Below the pieces are notes generated by a model, which saw only the letters and a program-made list of their open reading frames with translations, was not told the origin of the DNA and searched no databases. A program made the position numbers and the translations under genes. Shown here in pieces: positions 23,801 through 38,100 of a stretch of 64,000 nt of DNA (position 1 is its first letter; every line of letters starts with the position of its first letter). The DNA is from Xylographa opegraphella (taxonomy: Eukaryota), in NCBI GenBank assembly GCA_022813865.1, contig JALDZX010000004.1:434001-498000 (forward strand), given 5' to 3'.

Positions 23801-25024
23801 GCCGTCATTCCCTCGTTCCCATCAAATTTCACCAGAAATTTCTCACAGATTTCAGCAGCATAACCACTATCAGAAAGTCGCTTAATAGAAGTTTCCCGCT
23901 TGATGTTACCGCTTGCCATGGTGATACCTGCAACGTATCCCTCAGGAAGACTCCATCTTGGAAGATCGTCTTCGGGAACATGGATGAGGAGCCACTCCAA
24001 AGTCTCTTCGCGGTCTTTACACTCCTCCGACGCTTCTTCAACGTGGCTTTTTCTGAATCCCAGTTCAACCAACTCGTTGACAATGTTCCTTTTTTGAAAT
24101 TCTGATAGTACAACTGCGTGCGGATTCCAAATAGCATGTCTCCGCACCAAATCTTCCACCTGGACACGCGTGCGTTTGCCCATTTCCACCTTCGGAACCT
24201 TGATCCACCCACGCATCTTGTTCCCATGAGTCCCATTCGGTTTGGTTGCTCCTGGGACCGATGGTTGATCCGCTTCCTTCGCTCGTTGTTTCTCTCTCTC
24301 GTCCCTCTTCTTGGCCAACAGCGCTTGTGCTTCCTCTCGCTCGTGCTTGGCTGCGAAAGGATCAGCTTCATACATCCAGCCTTTCCCATCTCTGACATCC
24401 TCTTTCTTCAAAACTTCAAATTCTCCTTTCCAAAGATCTTTATAATTCGGCGGGAGCATCATGTGTATGTTTCTCATGCTACAGATACGAAAAAGAGCAT
24501 ATGTAGCAGCGAAGTGTCGAGCTTCGACAGCCGTCGACTGCACTGCAAGATGTTTGTAGGTTGGGGGCAGTTTGAAAGGCGGAAGGGTAGACATCTCTTT
24601 GGTCTTGGGATTCATAGCCTTGAGGATAACCATAGACGAGAAACCTTCTGGAGATTTGGCCTGGCATTGAAATCAATAAAAGTAGATACCGGCTATAGCA
24701 TAAAAGACAAACCATAGTGTATTCTGGTTTCTCCCATTTTTGCTTCTGGCAGTGCTCTGACAATATATTCACTGGTAGCTTCCCAGTCCAAGAAGCACCT
24801 CCGATCAATTCCCGTGTGTCCGGTTTCTTGGGCACATCTTCTCCTGTAGCAGGATTTGGTGCTACACCATCCTTGCTTGCGGATGCCTTCGAGCTCGCCT
24901 TCTTGTTCTTTGCCTCGTCTTTAGCATTTGAGAAGACGATGTAGCTATCTTCTGTGTTCTGCGTTTGTGAAGCTGCAGTCTTCTTGGAGCCTTTATTTGC
25001 ACCACGCTTGCCTTGTCCCACCAT
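20845..25024 (-). CDS. ucp12: DEAH-box RNA helicase, DHX57/Ucp12/YLR419W type (dsRBD-like, UBA, RWD, helicase, HA2, OB)
   Basis: Intron 24712-24661; GETGSGKSTQ, TQPRRISA, DEVHER, MSAT, TNVAETSITI, QRRGRAGR; UBA-like LVELGFRKSHV..EETLEWLLIHVPEDDLP; RWD-like WQEELETLQSIY. Confidence 0.92.
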
Positions 25025-25298
25025 TCTACAGAGTCCGCGGCAGTTTCACGAAATGTAGCGAGATCCATGAAGGTGATTGTTGTCTTGAATTATATCCGTT
25101 CACGAGTAGGTATCTAGTGGTGTCAAGAAACTTTATGTTCCGGAAACGCCCGCTAAGATAGTTGCTTATATACTCCAGCGGGCGAGAAAGCCACTTCATG
25201 TTGTAGGAATGCGTCTTACACCATTTCTTTCCTTTCAGCATTACCACTTGCTTGCAAAACTGACCAGGGGCAAACCACTGTTTCGGAGAATTGGCAAG
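25025..25298. promoter_or_regulatory. Putative bidirectional promoter between the helicase and aprataxin genes
   Basis: Only 274 bp separate two divergent ATGs (25024 minus, 25299 plus). Confidence 0.55.
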
Positions 25299-26222
25299 AT
25301 GACGGACGACAAGGAGCTTCCGGGGGATGCCATCACAAGTGAAAAGATAAATGCTACTACACTACCAGGCCATGCTGGGGACAAGCCCTTACGAAGTGCA
25401 AACAAACGCAACGCATGTAGTATCTCCTATGATATATAATCATATCTCAAGCTGAACGATTTCATAGTTACCGAGCTCATGTCATCACCTCAGAAGCCGA
25501 AAGTAAAGCCGACATCCAAGGCATTATTGCACAGGGCTATTCCAACATTACCACCAAATGCTCCATTCACCGGTCGTAATGGACTGGGAGCCTATATGGC
25601 CTCTCCCACCAAGTTCCCAGCTGTCATTTACCACAATGAAGATTTTGTAGCTATATACGATGGCTTCCCAAAATCATCTGTCCATGTCCTTCTGCTACCT
25701 CTCAATCCTGAAAAGACTTTGTTGCACCCATTCAAGGCATTTGAGGATCCTCAATTCATAGCATCAGTGAAAGCTGAGGTTAGAAAGCTTAAGAGCCTAG
25801 TAGCTTCCGAATTAAGGAGGCTCTATGGGAAAGATTCTGCATCGGAACAGACCAGGATCAAGGCCATGGAGACTGATCCTCCTCCGGAAGCACTTCCTCC
25901 CGGTAGGGATTGGGAAAAGCAAGTGCTGACTGGCATACACTCTGGTCCCTCGATGAATCATCTTCATATTCATGTACTTTCAGTTGACCGCTACAGCAGT
26001 TGCCTGAAGCATAAGAAGCATTACAATAGTTTCGCTACACCCTTTCTGGTTGACGTGGAGGATTTCCCTTTAGATCCAGAAGATGTCAGACGCCATCCAG
26101 GGGGTCAAGGCTACCTCAAAAGCGACCTAATATGCTGGAGATGTCAGCAGAACTTCAAGTCCAGCTTTACAAGTTTAAAGCAGCATCTGGCTCAGGAATA
26201 TGAGGAGTGGAAGCGCGAGTGA
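25299..26222 (+). CDS. HNT3: Aprataxin-like HIT-family DNA deadenylase
   Basis: Intron 25417-25467 gives KRNAFTELMS; DGFPKSSVHVLLLP; HIT motif GIHSGPSMNHLHIHV; KHYNSF; C-terminal CWRC..HLAQE zinc finger. Confidence 0.92.
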
Positions 26223-27299
26223 ATTAACCGAGTCTATTGAGCGCGTTATACATGTGGCTGCATGCCATCAGTGTTTGTATTGAGTTTCAAAGTCTCTGAC
26301 CGCTCACTACCGCCGTGTTCTGAATATATTCCATCCAATCTGGCTTATTCGGAGCCAGCTTATGTTCCAACTCTTTATGTTGCTACACAGGAATTGCTAT
26401 CACGATACGTCTCATGGATCTGACCAAGTGTGGCACATAAGGCGGCAACTAGTTATCTGGGTCTCCAAGGTTTTTCCTTTGGTCTCCTCCCTTCGTTGTC
26501 TCAGTTCACAAAACGTTGACTCTTCTACGTTTCTCGAGTTATCGTAGCTGCAAGAAATATGTGCAAGAAGTATGGTGGTTTCACTACCATTTATGACGGC
26601 CCCTTTCCCAAGGTTGTATATCTTACGGCGTACAAACTTCACCACCAGAATCATAATTGTTATGATATTGTGCTTGCTATCTTGGCGGCTGGCCATTCCA
26701 GTCAGCTGGATGGACAAATGGTTGAGCATTTTCTTGCCTCGCTTGGCCTGAACTGGTTCATTTCGTTTCGGCCAATTTTGTGTTCTGGGTATATTATTGT
26801 CTTTCAGTTTCCCATTGCATCACTATCTGCAAGAATCAATGCGCCTTAGAATTTATCATAGATGCTCTTCTTTTGAAGCTGATGCTCGTATTCGTGGCCC
26901 TATCTGGTTGTACATCAGGGAGTGTAGTATTACTCGATGGAACACGGGCGAACTTAATGTTACGGCTGCGTTTTGGCACGTTGGATTCTGAAGGGTACTC
27001 ACGATAAGTAATACAAGGGCAGACAATCGACAATGGAAAATCGATAATCAAATAGTAATGTCTATTTACATGAATCTGATCACCAAAATAGATTCTTACA
27101 AGTGACTTTTATTGTTGCGATATCGTACAACTCGCCATTTTCCTACCACGACAATCCGCTTAGCCCCTCGGAATCTCACCTCAATCCTCAGACATCTCGC
27201 TCCTGACTCACTTAGAGCACAGCTTTCCAAACCATCTTAGACATCGTCCATGACATTAACTTGGACTCCAGTCAAAGCTGAAGAATGTAGCTCGCTGTT

Positions 27300-28298
27300 C
27301 TACTCAGGCTTTCCCCTACTCTTTGGCCTAGCTCCACTCTTGACTCTCCGCGCTTCCGGGCGATTAAGATGCTGCGCCGGGATCCAGCTCTCATCATAAG
27401 CCTTGGCTCCACTTGTTACCGCCGGTCCGTCAGCGCCCAAAACAGCCACTTGATCTGCCGGGTCGACCTTCTTCGAGCCACCAGATGAGCGCTTAGCACG
27501 CTCGCCGCCCTTACCCGTGCGAGCTTTTTGCGGGAAGAGCGTCGTGATCCAGGTATTGTAGACGAAGTAGAGGGTTCCCAGGAAGATGGCGAGAAGGAAG
27601 AGGTAGAGGAAGATGCTGGATAGTTATGTCAGATCGAGTGTCAGGCTACAAAAAACCAATGTATCCATAGAAAGTTGTGCCACCTGCATCTGTTTGTGGA
27701 GCGCAATGGAAGATGTAGGAGACACTTACAGTTGTACATCAAACAAGCTTGCATCTGGCTCCACCACGCTGACCGTCTCATTGAACGCATTCAGCGTGTA
27801 CATTGTGCCTGCCTCATTCGAGACTACAGCCGTTAATTGCAACCGCAATTCCTGCGGGTGCAGCTCCGCTGCGAAGCTGTAGCTCACACTCTCCTTCTCT
27901 CCGGCGGGGATCTCAACATTGTACCTTGTGCTGGTTACGTTGCGCACGATACGAGAAGTTGCACCATTGGTCTTGGGGTCAGGACCCCAGAGAGAGCCTC
28001 CAACAAAAGCCACATTGATGGGACTGGCCTCGTCGTTCGTAAAGGACAGCAGTGCCTGTGTCGGGTGTCCGTTCACGAGCTTGATGCCGAAGATCTCACT
28101 TGAGGGGAAAGAGGTGCTGACTTTGACGGCGAGGTTCGCAGACGTGCTTGGGTTGACGGTGTCTTCGGGAGAAGCCTATGAAGGAATATTAGGAAGCGTC
28201 AACGGAAGAAGAAACCCGAGCATACTCACATCTTGGGCATAGGTAGGCAATACACGTAGAGAAAGGAGCAAGAGAGTGGGAAAACGAAGAGAAACCAT
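27300..28298 (-). CDS. IRC22: Translocon-associated protein alpha / Irc22-like
   Basis: Exons 28298-28230, 28175-27730, 27615-27300; signal peptide, IFGIKLVNG, NETVSVVEP..FDVQLIFLYLFL TM helix, C-terminal YDESWIPAQHL. Confidence 0.9.
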
Positions 28299-30385
28299 AT
28301 TGAACAAAGTCTGAACCGATTGAATGGGTAGAACTACGCGAAGAGTTAAAAAGTAGGTACTTTGTAGTGCGAATGAAGCTCCAACTTCGCCAAAATTCAG
28401 AAGTCTACGACCTCACTCCGAATCGGGTATCGGGGCTCATACTTAGGGTACGAAATCTAAGATATAAATTACCATCGTAATCCCCTGCTTTCACGCTCCG
28501 TAAATCACCATCGAAATAAGTATTGTTTGACTGCGGAAGATATCCCAGAGGTGGGAGAGAATACTTTATACAATGGCTTCGATTTTTATGTATAGCCATA
28601 GGATAAGTCAAGCCTCTGAGCTCAATGCGTGTCCAAACCTCTGAGACTTCTTCGGCGGCCTTGCGCTTGAGACCACCTCCACTTCTTCAAGTTCGACATC
28701 TACTGGTTTTCCTAACCTCCGCAAGCAAAAGAATCAGAGACCTCAAGCTAGAGCTACAAGACCTCTCATGCTTTGAAGTACTATACTCGGTGGACCGATC
28801 ATATTACAACTGGGAGCCATGTTTGTGTAACTTATTCTTTGCTACGTGCTTCCATGAAAAGTGTTCCTGTGCCAGCAATTCCGAAGCCTTGATGGAGGCG
28901 TCGAACAGATCCTGTTCTGCGACTCTTGCAAACGGATAGAACAGTCTCTTGGTGGAGGAGCGTGATGTTGAGCTGCGAAGGCTGACCTTACCTGCTTACG
29001 TAGACGGTAGCTCAATGCAGGCGAGTCTCCTCCCAGAGCCGATGATCTGTTATCGCTGTTTCAAACAAGAGCGTTTCAATGCCTAGTTAGGCTACTGGTA
29101 AGATCCTGTGTGTCATTCCGGCCCCTTATCCAATCCTGGGACAGATGAGTCCTGCTCATTTTAGACTATTGCTTGTTGTACCTCTTTCGGACTTCCCCGC
29201 TCGTACTGCTGTGTGGAATAACGAAGCGACAAGAATGCATCCAAGTCAATTGCAGTGGTTGCGAAAGTTCCCCCTTCATGAAAGTTGCCGTTGAATATCC
29301 CGACGCCAATTTGTCTTTACTGGTTGGGCACTGAGTGCTTGTTGTTAGCCCAAGGTAGGAGGATCTAAATGTATACATAGCTCTGTAGCTTTCTCCAACT
29401 AAGTCACATCGGTACCTGTGCATTTAAAGACACCGAAACTGCAACATGCATGTTTGGTTTTTATTTTTTTGATAGACTTTTTCGATAGATTTTTTCGTGA
29501 TTCGTTATTATTAGTTAGACAAGCCAAGCCACATGTGATGAGTCCTGAGCTGAAGATTGTTGCGGGTGAGTTCTTCCGTGATAAGACCTTCAAAACATTT
29601 GCAGTAGGCTTTTGATGGCGATTATATCTCGTTATCTGGACGGGACACTATACATACAACAATGTAAGTCGTCGCGAAAATCAGTCTCGACGGAACCAAG
29701 GAGTATCTGTCTACGGCATCTGATTGAGACTGACAGTAGATATGGCCAACAACCTTCTGTTTCGTCCGTTAGACTTGGTCTTGCACTTTAACTCGATATT
29801 CGCTACCGACTACTCCATCTCTCAACAGAGTCAGATCACCTTGATGTACGCAGCAGCTAAGGATCTCCCCCCTCGGTCCCTTCGTTTGGAGTCCCGGTGG
29901 GGATACCTCAACTGCCCAGTAATCACAGCAACTATTCTTTCAACGGTCCCATGTCGGGACCAACTGCTTGCATACAGACTTGCTTTCGACGGCTTTGTCA
30001 CGGGAATTGAAGGCTTTGTTGCCGGACCCGGCATTACGCATTCACAAGTCTGAATCGAGTAGTGATCCGACTAAAGGCGCATTTCACGAAATGCAGAAGC
30101 CTGCCTACTCTCCGCAACGGCTTGATCAATCACCAGAGCATATTGCGTGATTGCGAAAGTTCAAAGAGCGCGGGTAAATATGCACGAGCGATGCGACTGA
30201 AAATAAGGGGTAGAAGCGCAATCCGATCAGGGAGCGCCAATGCACTATGTACTAAATTTGAATGAAATTAAATCAGAGAGTGTAGCTTCATTTAAGCACT
30301 TGCTATTTCTCGGCGGTTCAAAGGAGACATGAATACACCGATCCGATTCAGGCGAAGTTCTCCAAGACGTATGTAGAAAGTGGAG

Positions 30386-31108
30386 ATGGCGGTCAACAGT
30401 CCGCATTGGCATTTCAGTCCCAACTTTGGAGGGGCGATAGAGCTTGTGGTTGTGGACCCGAGTCTTGCTGGTCGACTCCGTGGACAACAGCGCTTCGATG
30501 ATTTGGACATAGACAAACCGCTGAACAAGCCGAGTGTGCTCGTCCAGCTCCGCTATTGGTGGGAATGCAGAATCTCCATGATCTTGCCACAAGGTGCTGA
30601 TATCCGAGATCATTTTGGTTAGTCGTCATTACTTGTCGAGCTATCGATTCCTCGTTGAGTGATGTTAACCAAAGTGCAAGCTGACAGCCAGTTCGAGAAC
30701 AGCATTGGAGCGCACTTTCCTCGGTCACATGCGAACAGCTCTCGCACTTGCAGAATGTTCTGTTCTCACTTCCCAGTTCTTCATACTCTCGTTGGGCAGC
30801 GACGAACCGATGGCACCAGAGGAAGTACGTTTCCGGCAGATTGGCCGGCCTCTTAGCTGCGCGTTGCTGATCTGGGCTATGATCACTACCGTCATTGGTG
30901 CCATCCGATTCTTGAGGATGCAAGAGGCGTTGGTGAAAGACGAACCGATCATAGAGAGCGGCTGGGAACTTCACATCGAGGGAATCGGCATATCCGTTGT
31001 AGGTCACTGGATCCCTACTGATACTGGTCGTAAATCTTGCCGCTGATATTATGGTTTCCGTAGATAGTATGCTTCATGTTCGTTGCAACGTTGGCTGCCG
31101 AGAGTTAG
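30386..31108 (+). CDS. DUF202 (YidH-like) small membrane protein
   Basis: Introns 30618-30702 and 30999-31063 give RDHFALERTFLGHMRTALAL plus three hydrophobic helices. Start uncertain. Confidence 0.82.
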
Positions 31109-32655
31109 ATCGTGGACTCGGACGGTTAATACCGTGTAGCACAACTTGTGACTCTATTAGACAGTGAAGACCAAGATCATAAATGTCTGATGAATAATTG
31201 GTACACTTTGTATCAAGGATAAAGCGCTCGGAAGGATGTTCTCCCACAATTGTTGACCAAATAATAATCCCCATGAATTGTAATGACCATCACCCCTAGA
31301 AGATGTCCACGGCAGTACAAACCATAACAACGATGTAGATCTACGGATCCTAGCCGGCTTCACATGACTCGAACATATCAGTTCGCACACTTTGTGATAA
31401 TCAGGCATCTTCATGAAGAAAGACGGAGGCCGTTCTGCGGGAACGAAGGCGGACCACCAGTTGCTAGTCCTGCTTGGGGTGGCGCGACTTCGGCGACCTC
31501 ATGAAGCCTAAAAGCAATGGTTGAATGGTAGGCTCATTACCACGTGTTGGTGAAAAGGTACTAATAGACATGCAAGTCCTGACCACCTTTCCTAATTCAA
31601 GACCACTCATCCCTCACCGACGTGCATCCACCGAACAAGACGTGTGGACCGAGCTTTCTAGACAGCCAGGCATCATAAACGAAGACCACTGCGAGTACTG
31701 ATCACGATGTGCAAAAAGGGCACCTGCACCAATTGCAGTTCGTGCCCTTCCCTCCCTCACTCCATGGCTACGCCCGCGTGTTTCCACCCTCCCTCTGCTG
31801 ACCCATGACTTAGATAAAGCGTCATGGTGGGGCTGCGGCAATCACATCCCCAGCGTGATGAACCCGATCGCCAAAGACCAGTGGTGTATCTGCGAGCCGA
31901 AAGTCGAGAAGGCTGGGACGCAGTATCCACCGATGGCGGCGAAGGCGGATTGACTCCCTGCTTGGTTCTGCCAGCTGGTGGCGACGAGCTGAAGGAAGGA
32001 TGGCTTCAGCGTCGGGGTTCTGGCAGCGACCAGGTCAGTATGCGAGACTCAGTCAAGGTCGGACTAGATAATTTTGTGGTCTTTATGGCGGTCAGGGAAC
32101 GGGTGCGGAGAAGAGTGTCTATAGCCAATGCAACTCCTGATACGAAGGGAAGGGAGCTAGATTTTTTACTGGCATAAAGCGCAGCTTCAGTGGTTTCAAT
32201 CCCAAGGTCCTCACCCACGAAATTCATCACGCTTGAATCGATATCACTGGTAGTGTGAGCTGCAGTCAACCACACAGTATAAGTCTCACCAAAATAATGA
32301 AGGTGCCTCAATCTGACATTTTATTTCGTCTATTCATACGGTAGCTGCTTTTGCATAAGGGGTGTGTCGACTTTCAGGGGTGTGGCTTTATCGCTATAAG
32401 TCGAAACGTGCAGGCGTCTCCATAGTGGCGGGCGTGGCGGATGTAACACTCCACACCCAAAACGTCGCCGAACTTCACACGCCACAAGCGCTGTCTGGTC
32501 CCGACTGCGACCAAGGTCGACCAATCGCTCCCCACCCGCCTCAGCCCGTCTAGGCCCTTTGCAGACTGTGGAAGCATAGTAATGATAGTATATATGCGCC
32601 ACCTTCTGGGACTGATCGAGAACCCTGAACGGCACGGGCGAAAGAAGAGTAAGCA

Positions 32656-34807
32656 ATGGATGAGAAATCTGCCTATCCTCGGCGACCTCCTATGGAGGCC
32701 TCCGCATTGGAGCCCCAATCACTCCTGGAGCCTTACATATATGATCCTACGCTTATCTACGAGCCCACTCTGAACTATGAGGCGACCCTGAGTGACCTAG
32801 CCTGGAACATGATGCCAGTCCAGCAATCTCAATCCACTTACCACCCCCCTACCACTCAAGCACAGTCCACATCCTATCCACAGCCAGTGGTCCAGACCCC
32901 CGTCGAAAACCCCAAAGACGCATCGGAGAGAGGCACCATATCGCCAGCGTGCACGGCTTGTCGGGAGAGACATCTCAAATGCGATGGGGTTCAGCCAGTC
33001 TGTTCGAGATGTTTGAATGCAGGCCAAGACTGTCAATACGTACGTTCGAGGAGGGGCCATCGGCCTCCACGCCAAAAGGGCGAACCTATTGTACGACCTC
33101 AATCCAAGCAGTCCGCAGGAAGTGACAGCAAAAAGGAGGCCGTCGAGTCTTCCGAGCAGACACCACCACGCAAAGACCGCCCACCCGCTCTATCCGTAGA
33201 GACGAGTCGGGACAGTAACTACAGCTTCGGAGCTTCCGAAGAACAGAAAGACAAGGACATGGCGCTGACACGTCGGCGTGCACAAAACCGCTCCCCTGGT
33301 CCCGTTAGTCCACACGAACATTCGTCCTCGAAATTGCGAGAATTATACTACACATACTTCAACGATGCCCATCCCATCCTTATACCTCAACTTCACTTCA
33401 ATGCCATTTCAAAATCTCTTCCTCCCACTATTTGTGCTGTTATTGACTACATTGGTGCCTGCTATTCCGGCTCGGTAGACCAAAAGAAACTTAGAGATGC
33501 GTTGGAAGCCGAAGTATTCTCGGCTTCTCGCCAGCGAAATGGTCATACCGTTCAAGCTCTACTCTTGCTTGCAATAGCACAACACTCTACGGATCTTGCT
33601 CACCAGGCATGCCAGACTCTAGATTCTGCCATTGATCTTGCCTTGGAGCTCGGGATGAATAAAAATTTCTACCGATGTGATTGTTGTACCGACAGTGTCA
33701 TCCTCAGAGAAAGCTGGCGCCGAACCTGGTGGGAGTTGTATATCACCGATGGGATTCTGGCTGCAGTGCACATGAAACCCTCCTTCCGGCTACACAGTGA
33801 ACCAGCTGAGGTTGCGCTACCGTGCGAAGAGGCCGTCTACAAGGCTGGACCAGGACCAGTAAATCGTCAATCATTTGATTTTCCAGTCTAGACGCTAATG
33901 TAGCTCCCAGAACTACGCACAAGAAAGTCGTTATATTAATGAAATGGATGAATATGCCTTTCTAGACGACGAGGCCACGTTCTCGTCCTACGCGTACCGC
34001 ATTACCGCCATCCGGGAGCTAGGAAATCTCCTGAAGTTGAATTTGTCATTCTGTCCTGACAGTTCAGAGATTGTTCATGCCGTGGATGCATCGCTTACGA
34101 ACTGGCAGCTGCATCTACCGGAAAGCAAAGTAACGCCTCTTGACGAGAACGGGAAGGTTGACGAGATGATGTTTCAGGCTCACATGATCATAAATGCGTA
34201 TGTATTGACATCCAATGTCGTACCATTGGCGGCTCACACTGTTTTTAGAGCTATCATCTTTCTCCACCGTCCCAGATCCGATCTAATATTTACAACCGTG
34301 AAAGACACTACAAGCTGCACGCCAGCACGACGGATAGCCGTGCCAGCTAGCAGATATGCCATCCACACTGCAAAGGCTATTGAAGCAGCAGACAGAATTG
34401 CCAGGATGATAACACTGCCCGGCCAGTTGCTCAAGCATACTCCACTTTTCACATGTATGGTGACTCTTGCTGGTGTCGTGCACCTTTCAGCATACGTGAT
34501 CAACAGGAACGCCGACCAAAGATCGACAATCAAAGAACGTTTGTCGTTAAGTATTGGGGCCCTGAAGAGCGTGAGAGACATCTGGCCGGTCGCGGATTCG
34601 GTTTTGCAGCGAGTGCGAGGGGCCGCACGGGAGATATTGACCTTGAGGCAGCCCAATGCTGCGAATCTGCTGCAGCAGCAGGTTGACCCCGAGCTCTATA
34701 ATACGGGTAGCTGTGATGTGTGGCTGGAAAATGTGCAGGACTCCATCTTCAGCGAGATAGCAGATGGCCATTCGTTTGAGCCGCTGATGTATCAAACGCA
34801 GCCTTAG
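32656..34807 (+). CDS. Zn(II)2Cys6 transcription factor with fungal-specific TF domain
   Basis: ACTACRERHLKCDGVQPVCSRC......C; YFNDAHPIL; ESWRRTWWELY; introns 33859-33910 and 34198-34248. Confidence 0.93.
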
Positions 34808-34974
34808 ATTAACGACTGTCATGAATAGATGATGTTATGGGTAGATTTTTGTCGTGATTTGAAGACAGTTCTACAACGCACTTCTCCGCTCTGTAATGGT
34901 CGCTAAGCCTGATCAATAGAATTGACACTCAGTACCTTATAGGTACCTAAGCTGTGATAACTTTATGACTGTTA

Positions 34975-35087
34975 ACGCGTCCCATTGTTCTGCCCACTTG
35001 AGATGTTGTCTCGAATAGGAATAGTACAGAAACTAGAACGCGGAAGTTTCCGCATCGCGCTTTTCAATCTAATCGCGTCTCGCGTCA
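34975..35087. promoter_or_regulatory. MCB (MBF-binding, G1/S) element cluster upstream of POL3
   Basis: ACGCGT at 34975-34980, further CGCG cores near 35040 and 35056, and tandem TCGCGTCTCGCGTCA at 35073-35087, all within 210 bp of the POL3 ATG. Confidence 0.7.
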
Positions 35088-35182
35088 CCAAAATCCACGG
35101 ATCCCCACCAAGCAGAACCTCATAGCCCAGCAGGACAAAGTGGTTACATTCGGGCATACGCTGCCCCAGGACAGTCTAAATT

Positions 35183-38100
35183 ATGCCAGCTGCGGTTCTT
35201 CCCCCTCAGAAGAGAGTTCTGGCAGACTCCACCAAGATACACAGCAATAGCAAGACGTTACCGTCTCCGAGTGCTGCGAAACGGCGGAAGCTTGATATTG
35301 GATCGTCTCCCGCCACAAAGCTACGAGCTCCAACAGGCGGCAAAAGTGCTTATGGCTCTAGCCAACCGAAAAGTCAATTCGAGGAAGAGGTACTGGAGAA
35401 GCTGACTCAAGACATCAATGGATTGAAGCAGAGTAACTCCGAAAAGGACCAGCAATGGGATAGGCCTGGGTTGGATGATTTCGACGAAGTTCGGGACATC
35501 CTGTGCTTCCAGCAGATCGAGGCGGAGGAGGGCACGCTGCACGGCGGTCGAACTACTATCAAGCTGTTTGGAGTCACGGAGGTTCGTTCAAAGCGAGAAC
35601 AGCTTCTAATCCTTTCGCTGACGTTGACTCTACATAGACCGGTCACTCGGTTCTGCTACATGTCACAGACTTTCTTCACTACTTATATGTGGCTGCACCG
35701 GTCTCTTTTGTGAAATCTGATTGTGAAGGATTCAAAACCTTTCTTGATGCTCAGCTGGCACAGCATCAACCCGCCATACATACTGTGCAGATAGTGCTTC
35801 GCGAAAACCTTTTCGGTTTTCAGGGAAACCAGAAGAGGCCTTATCTCAAAATTACCGTCACAGATCCTAAATATATCAACAAACTCCGGACCACGATCGA
35901 ATCCGGCAGCGCCAATTACAAGGGCTTGTGGAAAGGCGTGGATGGTGGAATATTGACATTTGACAGTATTCAGTATGTTTTGCGTTTCATGATAGACACT
36001 GGTGTCAGTATTCTCCGTAAATGTGTGTCACACCTATTTCTGACTTGTGCAGATATCGGGGATGTCATGGGTTGAGGTACCGCCTTCAAAGTACCACATG
36101 ATTGAGCATAAGGACCGGCATTCGAATTGCCAAATAGAAGCCTATGTGCACTATCGAGATATGATAGCTCATTCGAGCGACGGAGAGTGGGCCAAAATGG
36201 CACCTCTTCGTATCCTGTCCTTCGATATCGAATGTGCCGGACGAAAGGGCATATTCCCAGAAGCAAATCAGGATCCTGTAATTCAGATTGCAAATGTCGT
36301 CACTAGATATGGAGAGTCCAAGCCATTCGTGCGCAATGTTTTCTGTCTTGATACATGCAGTCTTATCGTGAATACTCAAATCTTTGAGTTTGATGCAGAA
36401 GAAAAGATGCTCATGGCATGGAGGGATTTTTTGGAAAAAGTTGATCCGGACGTTATTATCGGCTACAATATTGCAAACTTTGACTTTCCTTACTTGCTTG
36501 ATCGAGCAAAGCATCTGAAGTGTACGAAGTTTCCATATTGGACGAGGTTAAAGAGCATCATGTCAGCGGCAAAGGACACCAATTTCTCCAGTAAACAGAT
36601 GGGAAATCGAGATACCAAAGCTACAAACACCAATGGCCGGTTGCAATTAGATCTTCTCCAACTTATTCAACGGGATCATCAGCTTCGAAGCTACACACTC
36701 AACTCCGTATGTGCTCAATTTCTTGGAGAGCAGAAGGAAGATGTTCACCATACCATGATCACTGAATTGTTTAATGGCACACCAGAATCCCGACGTCGAC
36801 TAGCAGTCTATTGCCTCAAGGATGCATATCTACCACAACGGCTGCTAGACAAGCTCACGTGCTTGGCCAATTATACGGAAATGGCCAGAGTCACTGGCGT
36901 ACCCTTCAACTACCTACTTGCAAGAGGCCAGCAAGTAAAATTTATAAGTCAATTGTTCCGCAAGGCCCTGCAACAACAACTGGTCATTCCTAACCTGCGC
37001 AGCGACGACTCAGGCGAGCAGTATGAAGGTGCCACTGTCATTGAACCAACAAGAGGTTACTATGATGTACCTATCGCAACACTTGATTTTGCTTCTTTGT
37101 ACCCAAGTATTATCCAAGCTCACAACCTTTGCTACACTACCTTACTCAACAAAACTAGTGTAGAGAAGCTGAAGTTGGTTAAAGATGAAGATTACATAAC
37201 GACACCCAATGGAGACATGTTCTGCACAGCAAAGGTGCGAAAGGGGCTTCTGAGTCAAATCCTGGAAGAGCTCCTGGGTGCCAGAAAGCGTGCCAAAAAG
37301 GAACTTGCTATCGAGACCGATCCTTTCAAGAAAGCCGTGCTTAATGGAAGACAGTTAGCCTTGAAAATCAGCGCAAACAGCGTATACGGTATAACTGGGG
37401 CGACTGTGGGTAAATTACCGTGTCTGGCCATTGCAAGTAGTACGACATCGTATGGCCGGCAAATGATCGAAAAGACAAAGGACGAGGTTGAAGCACGATA
37501 CACAATTGCGAACGGATATACTCATGACGCACAAGTTATCTATGGTGATACGGACTCGGTCATGGTGAAGTTTGGGCCCAAGGACTTGAAGAAAGCCATG
37601 GAGCTGGGTGAGGATGCAGCCATTTATGTCTCCTCAAAATTCATCAAGCCGATCAAGCTCGAATTCGAAAAAGTCTATTTTCCATACCTTCTCATCAACA
37701 AGAAGCGATACGCCGGGTTGTATTGGACCAATCCTGATAAATACGACAAAATGGATACCAAAGGTATTGAGACAGTGCGAAGAGATAATTGTCGGATGGT
37801 GCAGACCGTCATTGAGACCGTGTTGCGGAAAATTCTGATTGATCAGGATGTCCAAGGCGCTCAGGAGTAAGCCTGCATTATTCGGAATCATTAGTACCTC
37901 ACTAACGGCTTCTCAGTTACGTCAAAGAAACAATTTCCGATCTTTTGCAGAACAAAATCGACATGTCCAAACTCGTCATCACCAAAGCCCTCACCAAGTC
38001 CGAAGACGATTACACCGCCAAGCAAGCCCACGTCCAACTCGCAGAGCGTATGAAAAAGCGTGACGCGGGTTCCGCACCCGCTCTCGGCGACCGCGTTGCC

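Noticed and set aside
24118..24717. 199-aa plus-strand ORF
   Set aside because: Antisense shadow of the helicase CDS.
26362..27051. Cluster of short ORFs between HNT3 and IRC22
   Set aside because: No coherent frame or motif; treated as intergenic/UTR.
29535..29725. Box C/D snoRNA candidate (GTGATGA ... CTGA)
   Set aside because: No terminal stem or identifiable rRNA guide; these motifs occur by chance.
30414..31007. 197-aa minus-strand ORF
   Set aside because: Antisense to the DUF202 gene; no motifs.
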